NCBI RefSeq assembly: GCF_006345805.1
Contig: NC_042997.1
Coordinates: 157,604,001-157,668,000, forward strand
From: Octopus sinensis
Lineage: Eukaryota
Length of the DNA: 64,000 nucleotides
Reading direction: 5' to 3'
Made by a program: the position numbers and the translations under genes. Shown piece after piece: positions 26,552 through 43,899 of this stretch; the first letter of the stretch is position 1; every line of letters starts with the position of its first letter. The notes beneath the pieces are model-generated. The model saw only the letters and a program-made list of their open reading frames with translations. It made no database searches and was not told where the DNA came from.

Positions 26552-26837
26552 AATAACAAACAAGATGAGGACAAATATCCGTCAAATGTAAATAATGTAC
26601 ATAATTCCTCATCTCTTTCATATAGAATTATATTAAGATATATTAAATACGTTATACTATAGGTGGCCGTAGCAATTAAAACCGAAAAGGTAAAATTAAT
26701 AAATGAGGGTGCAAAATAGTACCTGCAATTGCTAGAAATGCGTGGCTGTTCGAGTTAAAGTTTGGCTCTGATTTCTAGCAATGCGGGTACTATATTGCAC
26801 TAATTTATATATTATATATATATATATTATATATATA

Positions 26838-26867
<30 letters not shown>

Positions 26868-26875
<8 letters not shown>

Positions 26876-27013
26876 TATTAGAGACAAAACCACTATTTTG
26901 CAAAACAATAAGGAAAGACTTAATCAAACATAAAATTTTAAAAAATTTATGTATTGATTAAGTCTTTCCTTATTTGTTTGCAAAATAGTGGTTTTGTCTC
27001 TAATAATATTTTA
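26868..27013. repeat. 146-bp near-perfect hairpin (inverted repeat)
   Basis: ~66-bp arms AAATATTATTAGAGACAAAACCACTATTTTGCAAA...; only a few mismatches; loop of 11 nt or less. Confidence 0.92.
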
Positions 27014-27420
27014 TAATATTTTACTATAAATCGATTTATCCTAAATCTGATTTTTTCCCTGTAAATTTGGATTTATTCCTAATATTTATTATATATATAT
27101 ACATATAATATATATATATTATATCTTGAAAGGTATAATGAAAAAACGCTCCAATTGGTAAAACAACTTTATAAGCATTCCCATATTATCATAAATCGAA
27201 TATAAATATATATTAAAACATCAGGGCACCCAATGGTAAAGCCCAATAGTATAAAATATACGCACATATACGAATGGAAGGTGATAAAACCTAAAAGAGT
27301 AATACGAGTGAATTTGAATGAAGAATAATATATGGATTAAATTAATGCATAATAAAAGCGACTAAAAATTTAAAGCAATATATATAGATATAAAAAATAT
27401 TGAGCTTATACAGGAATTTT

Positions 27421-27534
<114 letters not shown>

Positions 27535-29009
27535 TTTTATTGTATGTTTATTTTGTTTCTTCACAGTTGGGTTGTGCGTTCACTCGAATTCCCAGTATCT
27601 TCTCGCTGTTGATACTACCAAAAATGAAAAGCATCGTTAAATACATGAAACTGTTAGGATTTTTTCGACGATAACTGACGAGGAATGAGCAACGTCTGTG
27701 TCTCAGATTTTTCCTTTGTTCCTTTGTCATGTTTCTCTTTTAATCTTGGAAACTTATACACACATACACACCACACACACACACACACACATTTCTGATC
27801 GTAACTATCTTTCTAATATTTACTGATATTACTCGTAAGCATTGCTCGCATAGACACAACACCACAGTTTTGCAAGTGGACTGTTATCGTCAAAAGATTC
27901 AATCTCAGTACTGATCCAACCCTACGTAACGTTGAATTGCAAACCCCTGTTCAAATCCCTGCTAGATTTGAACATAGAACATAAAATGATGAATCTTTAT
28001 ACTGCCAATTTACAATCATTCCAATATTTGCTAATATAAAGCGTTGATTAATTATATTTGAAGTATATAATGAAACAGTTGGAAAATATATTTTATTGCG
28101 GAATTGATTTCATCACGTTTTCTACTTCATAGTGTTTTTCTTCAAATTGCCGATAGTATTAGAATATCTATATCAGACTGCCTTAACCTCAAGTCATGTA
28201 GGAATTTTCAATATGTAGTAACTTCATTAACAGTTTATTTATCTAGATTATAGAAACTTCTCATGGGACGCAAACAACTTAACAGAAAAAAGTACTTAGA
28301 TGGAATACGTCACAAATAGCGTCAGCGAAATTTTAAAATCAAAAGTAAGAATTTATATCTAAATATTATTTTCAGTATATTTATTTATTTGTTTATTTAT
28401 TTATTCTTCAGTTTCTTTGACACGAGATTAATAAAGTAAAGATTATTTCTGTAAATCCGAAACAGGAAGGGAAGATGGTATGAAATTTAAATTACCAACT
28501 TATGACGAAATTCTGAAATGTTTACATCGATTCAGATTCAATTTTTATATCTTTTTCAATTTGGAAACCAAATTTCTAACTAAAATTTCAGTCATTGCTG
28601 TGAGTACAATATCATAAACATTGAATTCAAGCAGCGCCTGGACAATGTTATGATGTTACTCCAAGCCGTATTAGGCTGCTCTGTCAAACGCAGCTCTATA
28701 TTACGCAAGCCAGCGAGGTAACCATAATGTAGCCGTGCGATTTGCTAGAAATAGCCACCAAATCTCTCTCAACTCATAGCCAACCGTTTTTTTTGTTTCT
28801 TTTTTTTTCTAATTTCACATTAGCTGATGATAGGATAGTCACAATTGGACTGCTTTCGACCATAGGAACAAACTTGGCATTAAACAATACTTTGTGTTGC
28901 TTATTACGCTTAAGTATCTTAACGCAACTACAACTTTAACATTCGATATATTTATATTTCATCAAACACTTTATCTCAAAAATAAACAACAGTATCAGCA
29001 GGGGTAACA

Positions 29010-29366
29010 GGAGGCGCAATGGCCCAGTGGTTAGGGCGGCGGACTCGCGGTTTCGATTCCCAGACCGGGCGTTGTGTGTGTTTATTGAGCGAAAACACCT
29101 AAAGCTTCACGAGGCTCCGGCAGGGGGTGGGTGGGGTGGCGACCCCTGTTGTACTCTTTCGCCCCAACTTTCTCTCACTCTGTCTTCTTGTTTCTTGTCT
29201 CCGACTTCCTACGCAACCGCTGAGCCTGGATGCGCATTCATCCATCCGTCGATGCTCTCGGTGTCGGGGGTTGACCTGCTTTCTCTTCTGCGGGTCTTAC
29301 GAATAGCAAAGGACCACGTTTCGGACTTCTCCCATCTTGCGAGCTCTGGGACGAAGACCGTTCGCT
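29010..29366 (+). mobile_element. tRNA-derived SINE family C (tail type 1)
   Basis: Head GAGGCGCAATGGCCCAGTGGTTAGGGC. TSD CAGCAGGGG(T/C)AACA at 28996-29009 and 29376-29389. Confidence 0.85.
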
Positions 29367-29688
29367 CAACAGCAACAGCAGGGGCAACAATTATAATAAC
29401 AACAGAAGAGGCAAGTATTGATAACAGCACCATTAGTTTACGAGTTGGAAGTCATGTAGACGGTTAAGTCGACAGCCATAAAACGTCGGGACGCTCGGAA
29501 GAATGGCTTTGAAATAATAACAAACGAAGAATTTATTTATGTGTGTATGCATTTGTTTGTTTATTTGTTTATTATGCTGACGGGTATTTTGCGATTTTCC
29601 TTTGAAGCGACCGGAAGTTGACGCCTTCTGTTGTGGAGGGAGTAATAGAGAGGGATATATATATATGTGTGTGTGTATCTGTGTGTTA

Positions 29689-29748
<60 letters not shown>

Positions 29749-29809
29749 GAGTACATGCTACATAGATACATATGTATACAGAAGTATTTCTATATAGAGA
29801 GGTAGAAAG

Positions 29810-29851
<42 letters not shown>

Positions 29852-30412
29852 GAAAGAGGGAAATAGAGAGAGTGATAGAGAAAGAGATAAAGAAAGGGAG
29901 AGAAAGAGAGAACGGGGACAAAATTTTTTTTATCACAGATGCGGCAATCTTATCAAACCGGAAAGAATGAACTAAAACCAAGATTGATTAAGCAAAAGTT
30001 AATAAAATATAAAAAAAAAAAATTGAAGATCATGACCTTTCCATTTTTCAAGAGGTCAACAGGTTCATTTGTTTATTTCTTCTGTATTATTCCAATTGAA
30101 GTTACAAGTGATTTTGGGTAGAATTATAGATTTAAATACATTTAATTACCTTTCTAAGTAGTTGTTGTAGACACCCGTAAGTAAACCACATGTCTATTTC
30201 GAGAAAACGTAGCTGTTTCCGCCGTTCGTTCGACCCGCTAGAAATAGCAGCTAAAATTACCTTACATTGCACCCTTAAATATCCCGGACATCTTTACTCA
30301 TTGTGTCCAGCAATGAATAAAATATACTACCTACCAAAAATACATTATAATATGAACATTGGCGTGTTAATTTTACTTAACTTTCTATCGACGGTTTTAT
30401 GAAAGTCAAGGA

Positions 30413-30811
30413 GGATCTTTTCGGTTTGAACAGCAGTTTTTTCTAGCCATAACTATGACCCTAGTATCGATCTATTGCATTTCAATTTGTTTTAGGGTTA
30501 GGCTTAGGGTTAGGGGTGGGGGGAAGGGTATCTTTTTTCTCTTCACAAATTTAAATAAACCCAATCTGTTTCTTAAGTAAGGGACATATTCATACGGCAC
30601 AGAATGTTTTTTTTACCTCAATGGACGTCATTGATTGGTTGAAATTGGAGAAATTGAAGAAAAACCAAATATCTTACAAACTATGGAATTTTCTCAATAA
30701 AGCCAAGAGAAAAAGATGTTTTATAAACACATTCTACCAGTATACGAAGTTTAAAATTTTTTAGTTACCTAGAAATTATGTTAAAAACTGCCGTTCAAAC
30801 CGAAAAGATCC
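30413..30811. mobile_element. 399-bp MITE with 8-bp TSD (Merlin-like by GG-starting TIR; hAT or P not excluded) carrying telomeric repeats
   Basis: 29-bp TIRs GGATCTTTTCGGTTTGAAC(A/G)GCAGTTTTT (28/29). Perfect TSD GTCAAGGA at 30405-30412 and 30812-30819. Confidence 0.9.
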
Positions 30812-31344
30812 GTCAAGGATGTTATAGAGTCGCAAATAAAATTCTAACACCAGTTCGAAACTGTTAGCTTCTTTCCCTGTCCACGATAGATGTTCACGTC
30901 TGTGTATTCTATAAAGAGTTGTTTAAAATCTATAAATTTATTCTGTATTGCAGTATAAAATTTACTCAGAACAATGTTAATGAAACTTTAACGTTGAAAG
31001 AGCAGCATTGAACACAATTGATCAGAATCGATCTTCTTGATCAGATTCAAGCAAGAAGCAGAGGAAGAAAATGAAAAGAAGTAGAAGATAAATGTAAATG
31101 AATACCGTACTTCTTGAGCGGAAATGTAAAAAGGACTGAATCATCTTGACTTCGGAAAACTTCTGGTTATTATTATAAGCCTTGTGTTAGTGTCAGTTAA
31201 AAAAAAATCAACTAATTAAATTCATTTTAATGCTCGTTTAAAATTTTCTAAACTGCTATTTAATGTAATAATAATTGAAATGATTAGTGTCTAACGAAAG
31301 TTTATTTAAGAAAATCAGTTTAACTTATTTACTGAAACCACTAA

Positions 31345-31403
<59 letters not shown>

Positions 31404-31761
31404 CAAATATATGTACATATATATGTATGCGTGGTAATACATCACTTCATTCCATATACTCGCTAAAGTGACAAAGAGCACCCTTATTGATAGAAATAAG
31501 AATCAAAAGAACTCAATAGCAACAGAAGCAAAGATTGGCAAGAGAGTCAAGCTCCCTACGGTGGCAGATATAGCCAGTTCATGGAGGATTTCGCATTTTG
31601 ATGCTTAACGCATCTTAATGCTCATCGGTGGCTCTCACAGCGCCTAGGGTTACACGCAGCTCGCCTTGTCAGCTTATAAAATTTCCGTTGAAGTCATAAG
31701 CTGATTTCACGAACGGCAAAAGTAAAAATTATAAATGTATGGCTAATTCGCAATTTTATAT

Positions 31762-31820
31762 GTGTATGTATACACACACACATACACACACACACACACA
31801 CACACGCGCACACACACACA

Positions 31821-31878
<58 letters not shown>
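31762..31878. repeat. (CA)n microsatellite
   Basis: Direct reading. Confidence 0.95.
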
Positions 31879-31880
<2 letters not shown>

Positions 31881-32102
31881 TCGAAACGTGGAGTAGTTGA
31901 AACAGGGTCAACTGAAAAAGGGGAATATTCTTTATGTTGTATGTCTCGCTTCTCTGTTTGCTTTTATGTTTTCGTTTCTCACTGTGTTCAACGTTTTTTG
32001 ATGTCCTGTACCTATATATGCATGTATATATACATATATATATGTAGGTATGTACATATATGCATGTATATATGCATATATTTATATATTATTTATATTA
32101 TG

Positions 32103-32138
<36 letters not shown>

Positions 32139-32170
32139 CATGCATATAGAAAAAGCAAACCTTTATATAT

Positions 32171-32247
<77 letters not shown>

Positions 32248-32599
32248 GTCTATTTGTTCCTTTTTAATCCTTTAGGTTTCCCTCTAAGCGTTGCCCACAA
32301 ATCGTTCTTTTGGTCATAAGGCTGTATTTTGTTCGTTGTTTGTTTATTTCATTTTTGTCCTTTGTCCACCGTCTCGAATTGTATTTATTCACTTTCATAT
32401 GTCTGCTTGGGTATCGCCTGTGCTCCATGTATTGTTTCTCCGCGGCCTAATATTCTCCGCAAGGAGAAGCATCTTAGTCTTATCGTTACTGGCGCGAAAC
32501 TGAGTAATACTATCTGTTTGACAAATGATGAAGAATTAAGGAGACTTCTGATTTTGTTTTCCGTTCGTTTGTGCACTCAGTATACTTTGTATGTTCGCC

Positions 32600-32918
32600 A
32601 GATGTCTTCCACTATAGCTTAGCGCCGACCAAAGCCTTGTGGGTGTGTTGGTAGACGGAAACTGAAAAAAGCCCGTCGTTCATATATATGTATATATTTT
32701 TGAGTGTGCGTGTGTTTGTCCCCCACTGTCGCTTGACAACCGATGTTGTGTTTACGTCCCCGTAACTTAGCTGTTCGGCAAAAGAATCCGATAGAAAAAT
32801 GTACTAGGCTTACAAAGAACAAATCATAGGGTCGATTTCTTCGACTAGAAACCTTTTAAGGTGGTGCTTCAGCATGGCCGCAATCAAAATGACTGAAAGA
32901 AGTAAAAGAATAAAAGAA
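32600..32918 (+). mobile_element. SINE family B copy
   Basis: CCGACCAAAGCCTTGTG...GTAGACGGAAACTGAAA...CAGCATGGCCGCAATCAAAATGACTGAAAGAAGTAAAAGAATAAAAG. Confidence 0.82.
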
Positions 32919-34767
32919 CACACACACAAACACACACACAATGATTTGCATGCATCCATGTTTGTGTACACTTTTGTATGCTTTTAGGCAAGAGAACTAT
33001 ACAAAATACATGGTAAACTACTTATGGATTAGTAGTTTTCGTTCTTTATCCTGTAACATATTAATGAATAAACGTCTAGATTTTAGTTAACAGTGTGTGT
33101 GTGCGCGCGTGTGTGTTTGTGTGCGCGTGCGCTAAACTTCATTGAATTCATTGAGCATTTGTAAAAACTGTCTTAACTGTCTTCTTAAACTCACCCACAT
33201 CACGGACAGGAAAAGACGGATCAACTGCAAAGGTTTAAATCATTATTGAGAAGTCACCAATAACTGACATTACGTCTCTCATTGTCCACAATCATACAAG
33301 TAGAATTAGTATTACTAAAAGCATTATTATTTTTTTGTTTCGTAAAAATATCGAACAGATTTAGTGTTCATTTTTGAAGCTACGACCCAACAAAATAAAT
33401 AAATAAAGGCAGTTTTTTACAGCTATCCATTGTATCTAGCTATGTTTAATTTGCACACAGTATGGTTGAAATTTATGGGTTTATTCTGTAGCGTATTATA
33501 ATTCCAAAATAAACGAATAAGTATGTGCAATTGTCTATGTAAGGTAAAAGCAATATAATATCAGATAAATATAAAAAGTAAACTGTAATGTTTGTTATAA
33601 ATTAAGGATGAAATATAAATGTAGACCAATTTAAAAATGTGGAAGCTATGTAATTTAGAATTACATAAGCTTGTAAATTATAGACTAGCATGTCAGACGG
33701 GGAATCCAAAATGTCAGGGAATGTTACAAAGGAAAGGTTAATGTGGAAATTTCCCACTGAGTAAATATAAAAACATAGTGTTTTGATGAAATCCTAAAAT
33801 GTTAGAAAAGTAAAATTCTGAATGGAAACTAATGCACCTTGAATTCGAGAGTGTTTTATTAATGAACACGTCATTCCAAATTAAAGATGCTTTGAGTTAA
33901 GTCATATTGTTTCTTAAATAAGCAAATTTGAATGAAGGAAGCAACTAAAGGCATTGCTTTTGTCAGATGTTTATATTAATTTTGGCTGAATACACAGAAA
34001 ACTGTGCCATTTAGAATCACAAATACGGTAGGTGTTAAATAGGAAGAGAAAAGACACTCTTGGTGATGTAGTTCTAGAATACAATATGTCGAATACAAAA
34101 AGAAAAACCCAAAAAAACGTGATGGTCATGTCTAGAACGTCCTCGATCACAAGATTGTTCAGTCAGGGTGAACCTGAGGCCAACAACATTCAACAACGAT
34201 ATGAATGGTTAACGAAAGCCATAAGCAAGCCATTATATTAGGTGACATAGAAATACGAAATATATCAATAAGCATAGCAATAGTTGGAGCAAAGTAAACA
34301 AGATGTATTAACTACCTGAAATGCTGTGGTATGAAATAAACACGATGAGATTAAAAGGGATATATTAGAAAAGAAAGAGGAAAAAGGAAAACTGGGCTGG
34401 GGTTTCGAATATATTGGCAAGGTCATCTCTGTTAGAAGGAAAGCAATTAGGTATTATTCGTGGATTATTTCTTCAGAATCTCATACGGTGAGAAATATTA
34501 AACCTGAACTTGTAATCTGGATAGACTAGCTGTAAATTCCTCAATAGTTCGGCATAGTTATTTTCTTTTTCACTGTTCTTTAGCATTGTTAACATCTGCT
34601 GGGCGGTTGATTTCCTCAACATTTTCTCTTCTCAATCACAAATTATACTATGTCAGGTAAATTGTTTATATTTTATTGAGGTTTTCATTGGGCCTTCCAC
34701 CAGTACTCCTTTTTATTAGAGAGGACTATAGCTTCTACGATATTTTAGGTCTTATTGTATGTATGTA

Positions 34768-34810
<43 letters not shown>

Positions 34811-34812
34811 TA

Positions 34813-35039
34813 TATTTCTTTACTACCCACAAGGGGCTAAACATAGAGTAGACAAACAATCACAAACAAAGGGATTAAGTCGATTACATCGACTCCAGTG
34901 CGTAACTGGTACTTTATTTATCGACCCCGAAAGGATGAAAGGCAAAGTCAACCTCGGCGGAATTTGAACTCGGAACGTAACTACAGACGAGATACGGCTG
35001 CGCATTTCGCCCGGCGTGGTAACGTTTCTGCCAGCTCGA
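34813..35039 (-). mobile_element. SINE family A copy
   Basis: Same head and core as 5745-6162. Confidence 0.88.
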
Positions 35040-35057
35040 CACCCTGTGTATATATAT

Positions 35058-38965
<3,908 letters not shown>

Positions 38966-39604
38966 GAGTGTGTTTTATGGAGTAACTCAAAAGCTTGCAC
39001 AGGTAAGACGAAAAAAAAAAAAAGAAATCCTATACTTGGGTTCAGTTCCCAATTTTAGGTTGGCTGCAAGTAGAGATTCGGAGTAAAGGCTCTTTCATAT
39101 TTCAGCTAATATAAATATATAACTAGTTTTCAAGCATCTGTTGGCTAACTACTATATAGATACTGAAAACAAACTAATTGCTTCTAACATAGGCGCAAGA
39201 ACTGAGATTCAATGATATATCTTAACCTATTAAATTTACCTCACTGCTATATTTGATCAGCCCTGGAAAGATGAACGAGAAAGCTGACCTCGGTAAGATT
39301 TGAATCCCGAACTTAGAGAGAGGAAAAATAAAACCGCACAGCGCTTTGCCTGACGTTTTAACGGACTTTACTGCCTTAATTATAGTCTCAAAATTTGGCG
39401 CAAGGCCGGAAACCTTGAGGAAGTAAAACGAACACATCGACTCCAGTGTTAAACTGACACGTCGAACATGGATGAAGGGCAAATTCGACCTCAATGAATC
39501 CAGAACGTGAAGAGCCGGAAGAAATGTCACAGAGCATTTTGTCCGTGCCTTTAATATTTCTACCAACTCCCTCCTTAATCTATTGCCCTAATAATAATTA
39601 TAGT

Positions 39605-39960
39605 CTTTTAGTCTTTACTTGTTTCAGTCATTTGACTGTGGCCATGCTGGAGCACCGCCTTTATTCAAGCAAATCGACCCCAGGACTTATTCTTTGTAAG
39701 CCTAGTACTTATTGTATCGGTCAAACGATGTTGGGGGACAAACACAGACACACAAACATTTACACACTCATACTTATATACATATACATATATACGACGG
39801 GCTTCTTTCAGTTTCCGTCTACCAAATCCACTCACAAGGCTTTGATCGGCCCGAGGCTATAGTAGAAGACACTTGCCTAAGGTGCAACGTAGTGGAACTG
39901 AACCCAGAACCATGTGGTTGGTAAGCAAGCTACCTACCGCACAGTCACTCCTACGCCTAT
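39605..39960 (-). mobile_element. SINE family B copy
   Basis: Same sequence family as 25141-25490. Confidence 0.85.
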
Positions 39961-40029
39961 AGTAATAACAATTTGGAGGTTTTAGGAAAGTGTAGTCGAT
40001 TTAATCGAGCTCAGTAATGGAATGGCAGT

Positions 40030-40365
40030 TATTTCATATTTTGTATCTAAAAGATGGCACTCCGTCGGTTACGACGACGTGGGTTCCAGTTGATCCGATC
40101 AACAAAACAGCCTGTTCGTGAAATTAACGTACAAGTGGCTGAGTACTCCGCAGGCAATGTAGTTCTTAATGTAGTTCTCGGGGAGATTCAGCGTGGCACA
40201 GAATGTGACAAAGCTAGCCCTTTGAATTACAGGTGCTACTCCTTTTTACCAGCTGAGTGTACAGGAGCAATGTGAAATAAAGTGTCTTGCTCAAGGACTC
40301 AGCAAACTGCCAATTTTCGAACTGACAACCTTACGATCGTGAACCGAATACCTTAACCGCTTAGC
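40030..40365 (-). mobile_element. tRNA-derived SINE family D (CORE/V-like central domain)
   Basis: Revcomp has GTCCTTGAGCAAGACACTTTATTTCACATTGCTCC and tail ...GATCAACTGGAACCC..GTCGTAACCGACGGAGTGCCA. Confidence 0.75.
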
Positions 40366-40744
40366 TGTGTAGGTAACATGTAGAATAGGAATGTGAAACA
40401 TGTGAAACGGTCATATGTGGCCGTTTATAGATCATTGTATAACTTGGGTTTGTCATAATCATATATTCAGAATTTTTTGTAATAATGGGAATCAGGTGGT
40501 GACTGGCAGAATCGTTGGACCTTTTGGGAAAATGTCTTGCAATATTTAGTATGGCCTCCTATATTCTGAGGTCAAATCGCGCCAAGGTTAATTTTGTCTT
40601 TCATGCTTCCAAATTGAGAAAAACGTATTAGTCATGTGCTGGGGGTGGTGTAAACAAGTAACCCGACCCCATAAAACGTTCTGTCCTGCTGCCTGTATTA
40701 GAAACAGTAAATATTGTAGTTAAGCTGGATTCTGCCTACAACTG

Positions 40745-41060
40745 GCATTCATGTAACCTCCGTTAATGTCAGGGGCCCGGTGACTAAACCAGCCAAATTC
40801 ATCCAGTAAACTTCATCCAGAAGGGTGGAGAGGACCCAGCAGTATTGAAACTATAACCTGCCAAAGGGCGGAAGGAACTTGTAAAGAAAAACTAACTTTA
40901 CATGGAGAGAAGACAGGCGCCACCAGATTATTTGCCCATGGAAACGCAGCATGATGATACAGCAAAACTGAAAACACCATATTAGATCGGCTGGGGTTCG
41001 TTGTTTGATGGCCGGTTAAGATACAAGGGGAAGGCTGTGTCTCTTGCTGTGCATCTAATG
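40745..41060 (+). pseudogene. Possible L1/Tx1-type AP endonuclease N-terminal relic
   Basis: GIHVTSVNVRG resembles the APE start motif; the rest is degenerate. Confidence 0.35.
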
Positions 41061-41091
41061 TCTCCCTAGGCTATGAATTTTGATTGATCGA

Positions 41092-41136
41092 ATAATAATA
41101 AGAGTAATAATAATATAATAATATAATAATAATAAC

Positions 41137-41186
<50 letters not shown>
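41092..41186. repeat. (AAT)n microsatellite
   Basis: Direct reading. Confidence 0.95.
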
Positions 41187-41189
<3 letters not shown>

Positions 41190-41599
41190 CTTTTGTGACG
41201 ATATTTGTTTAATAGAACGTTACATAATTCGGACTTCTTTTGTATCCATTCTGATATCAACACATCGTAACATATATAGTCGACAAAATATGAGTGAAAG
41301 ATAAACTCACACACATGTACAGAAGAAAAAAATTGCGTCATATGCACAAGTGGTAACGCATATGAACATAGAATATGTGACAAATAAAACAAACAAACAA
41401 AAAAAACTAGAAACAGACATATAAAAATATTTACAAATAAATATGACTATATGAAATTGAAATAAATAAATAATAATAACAACAACAAGAGCACCAGAGT
41501 CAAAAGTTGAGTTTAAAAGTGAAATAACATTCACAGAGTCGGGAAATAATTCAAACCTTCAAAAGTTTCTCAAAGAATTTGATGTAAAACTTAGCAGGC

Positions 41600-41770
41600 T
41601 AAATTTTCTCTTTACCTTACATAACGACGATATCACGTTTCCTTAGAGAAACTAGAAACCGGATATTGCGACGTCTCGTACGTATATTTCTCCACAGGAC
41701 AAGTAAAGTTGCAGATTTCTTAAAGCAAGCAATTGAAGAAACAAAACTCTCTCCGGATTACACACTCGCG
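41600..41770 (+). pseudogene. Possible Penelope-like RT/GIY-YIG linker relic
   Basis: An open frame reads SLPYITTISRFLRETRNRILRRLVRIFLHRTSKVADFL, resembling the LPY..S...L...R.VF linker of PLE ORFs. Confidence 0.35.
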
Positions 41771-42173
41771 CACATACACACACACACACTCGCTGATGCA
41801 TACACACAGCCACACACTTAATCACGGATTGATACATGCTTTTATGCTTGTGCTTATGCATGAATGTATGTATAATGTTCACACATGTATGAGCAGAGCA
41901 CTTGTACGGATTTCCGTCGGTTTCGACGGTGAGTTATTCATTTGTTTCGTCAACTGAAATATCTGTCTGTAAATTAGCGTGTAAGCACCAGAAAAATTCC
42001 ATAGACTCGTGAACTCTTAACGAAATTCTCAAGAAGAATCTGCTTGGCGCACTAGGACAGCGATAGACCTTTAAATTTCAGGTATGATTCATCGTAGGGG
42101 CTTCCATACTGTTCCCGTCTAACAAGTTTCATTAGTACGTCTTGGGTCAACTGGAGTTTACTTTAAGACTTTA

Positions 42174-42278
42174 AGGCGGCGAGTTGGCAGAAACGTTAGC
42201 ACGCCGGGCGAATTGCGTAGCCGTATTTCTTCTGTCGTTACGTTCTGGGTTCAAATTCCGACGAGGTCGACTTTGTTG
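42174..42278 (+). mobile_element. SINE family A head fragment
   Basis: AAGGCGGCGAGTTGGCAGAAACGTTAGCACGCCGGGCG...GGTTCAAATTCC. Confidence 0.85.
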
Positions 42279-42279
42279 A

Positions 42280-43120
42280 GCTCGACGAGAACGTCATGCA
42301 AACCCTGGTGGAAAGAAATCCATCGTAATTGTTGACGAACTAGCAGAGAAGCTTGAATTCGATCATTCAATTATTCATCGACACCTGCGTGCCATCAGAA
42401 AAGTCAGCAAATTGGGTCAAACTTTCCGAGTCTAATTGCTTGAAGGGAGTGAATGTGTGTTCTTCTTTGCTGTCACGTCTCACGAATGAACTTTAAAATG
42501 TCAAGCAATGAAGACAGTGTGTAGGGAAAGGAGAAACACCGGCACCCCAGGCTAAAGAAGGTATTCACACACATAAGGTATTATTATCCGTTTGGTGGGA
42601 TATGAAAGATTTAGTTCACTTTGAAGCTTTAGAACCAAACGAAACGATAACAAAGGCGATCTACTGCGAGCAGCTTGAGCGGCTTAAGTTAGTGCTAGAA
42701 GAAAAAGGACCATCTTTGGTTTCAAAACGAAAGGCTTTCTTCCATCAGGATAATGTTGGGCCATATACAGCGAGGATGACATTCCAAAGGCTGAAGCAGT
42801 TTGAATGGGAAACAATGCCCCACCCACCATATTCGCCGGACATTGCCCCATATGATTATCATTTATTCCGCAGTCTTCAAAATCATTTGGACGGAAAAAT
42901 ATGAATTCTGTAGACGCGGTCAGAACAGTACTGGAGGAGTATTTTTCGTTTGGGACAAGTGCATTTTGAAACAGGGCCTTGCAAGACCACCATATAGATA
43001 GAAGAGCATTGTAGAAAATGAAGGAGAGTATATTTTAGATTAAAAAAGAAATTTGTTTATCTGAATCTTGTAAAATAAAGCAATATAAAAGGCCGCATTA
43101 TTTACAGGATAACCCAGTAA
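42280..43120 (+). pseudogene. Mariner (D,D34D) transposase relic with 3' terminus
   Basis: HRHLRAIRKVSKLG, LSVWWD, FHQDN, HPPYSPDIAPYDYHLFRSLQNHL. Frameshifts and internal deletions. Confidence 0.92.
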
Positions 43121-43899
43121 AATAAACTACCTGTCAAGTATGCATTATAATATGAAAATAGGCCTGTTTAGGTCACTAGAAAATTTCTATCGGCGGTTTT
43201 ACAACATGTCACAGTAGACAATTAAAGAGGTTACAAAGTCGCATATGAAATCCTAACATAAGTTTGAAACTAACCCGTTAGGCCTCTTTCTCTGTTCGTT
43301 GGTGTATTGAAGACAAGGTGTTAAGATCTGTATGTTGTTTAAAGTGTTAATTTATTCTGTACTACTGTATTGCATTGAAACAGAGCGGTGTAAAAGCAAC
43401 ATTATATTATTAATAGAAGATTATTTTAAATTTCCTTCCAAAGAGTGATTGTGAAAGAAATTTGGCTGCTGTTTCTAGCATGTTCAGTCGTATGTTGTTG
43501 CCATTCTGATTGAACAGGTCTATAATCAGGCATGACTATCCCGTTTTACTTTCAGGCTTGATTCCCCATTGTGTTCTCTTTAAAACAGTATATTATAATT
43601 ATAGTTACTGTGTCTATTTCTAGCCAGTCAAGCAACCACGCAGAAGCTTCCTCGTTGGCTCACGAAGGACGTTAACTGACATGGTTCCACAGCAGAAGTA
43701 TCATTTTGCAAAAACATTAAGCTCTATTGTTTTTGACTCCCTCCTTATTGTTCTAGTCCCACGTTTCGATTGCAGTTCCATGTATACACGTCCGTCTAAA
43801 TAATCTTAAAGAGAAACAACATGAACGGAAAGATAGATTTCATACTGTTTTGCCTTAAATCCATCTTAATGATCTTTGACAAGGTCGTTTATGATAATC

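Larger units (their letters stand above)
26042..26599. mobile_element. Head-to-head inverted pair of tRNA-head/(AAT)n/hammerhead-tail elements
   Basis: Arms 26042-26312 and 26354-26599 are reverse complements. A-box TGGTGTAGTGG on the - copy, B-box GAGTTCGATTCC on the + copy. Confidence 0.88.

Noticed and set aside
27548-27730. Candidate exon (strong + strand acceptor at 27559; hydrophobic - strand ORF)
   Set aside because: No recognisable protein in any frame and no partner exons found.
29209-29433. ORF with a signal-peptide-like N-terminus (MVLLSILASSVVIIIVAPAVA...)
   Set aside because: The hydrophobic stretch is the antisense of the SINE's CAA-rich tail and TSD, and the rest lies within the SINE.
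41621-41718. Minus-strand 98-nt candidate exon (LLVLWRNIRTRRRNIRFLVSL), reminiscent of an ABCA N-terminus
   Set aside because: No start Met and no following transmembrane helix; the + strand is better explained as a Penelope-like relic.
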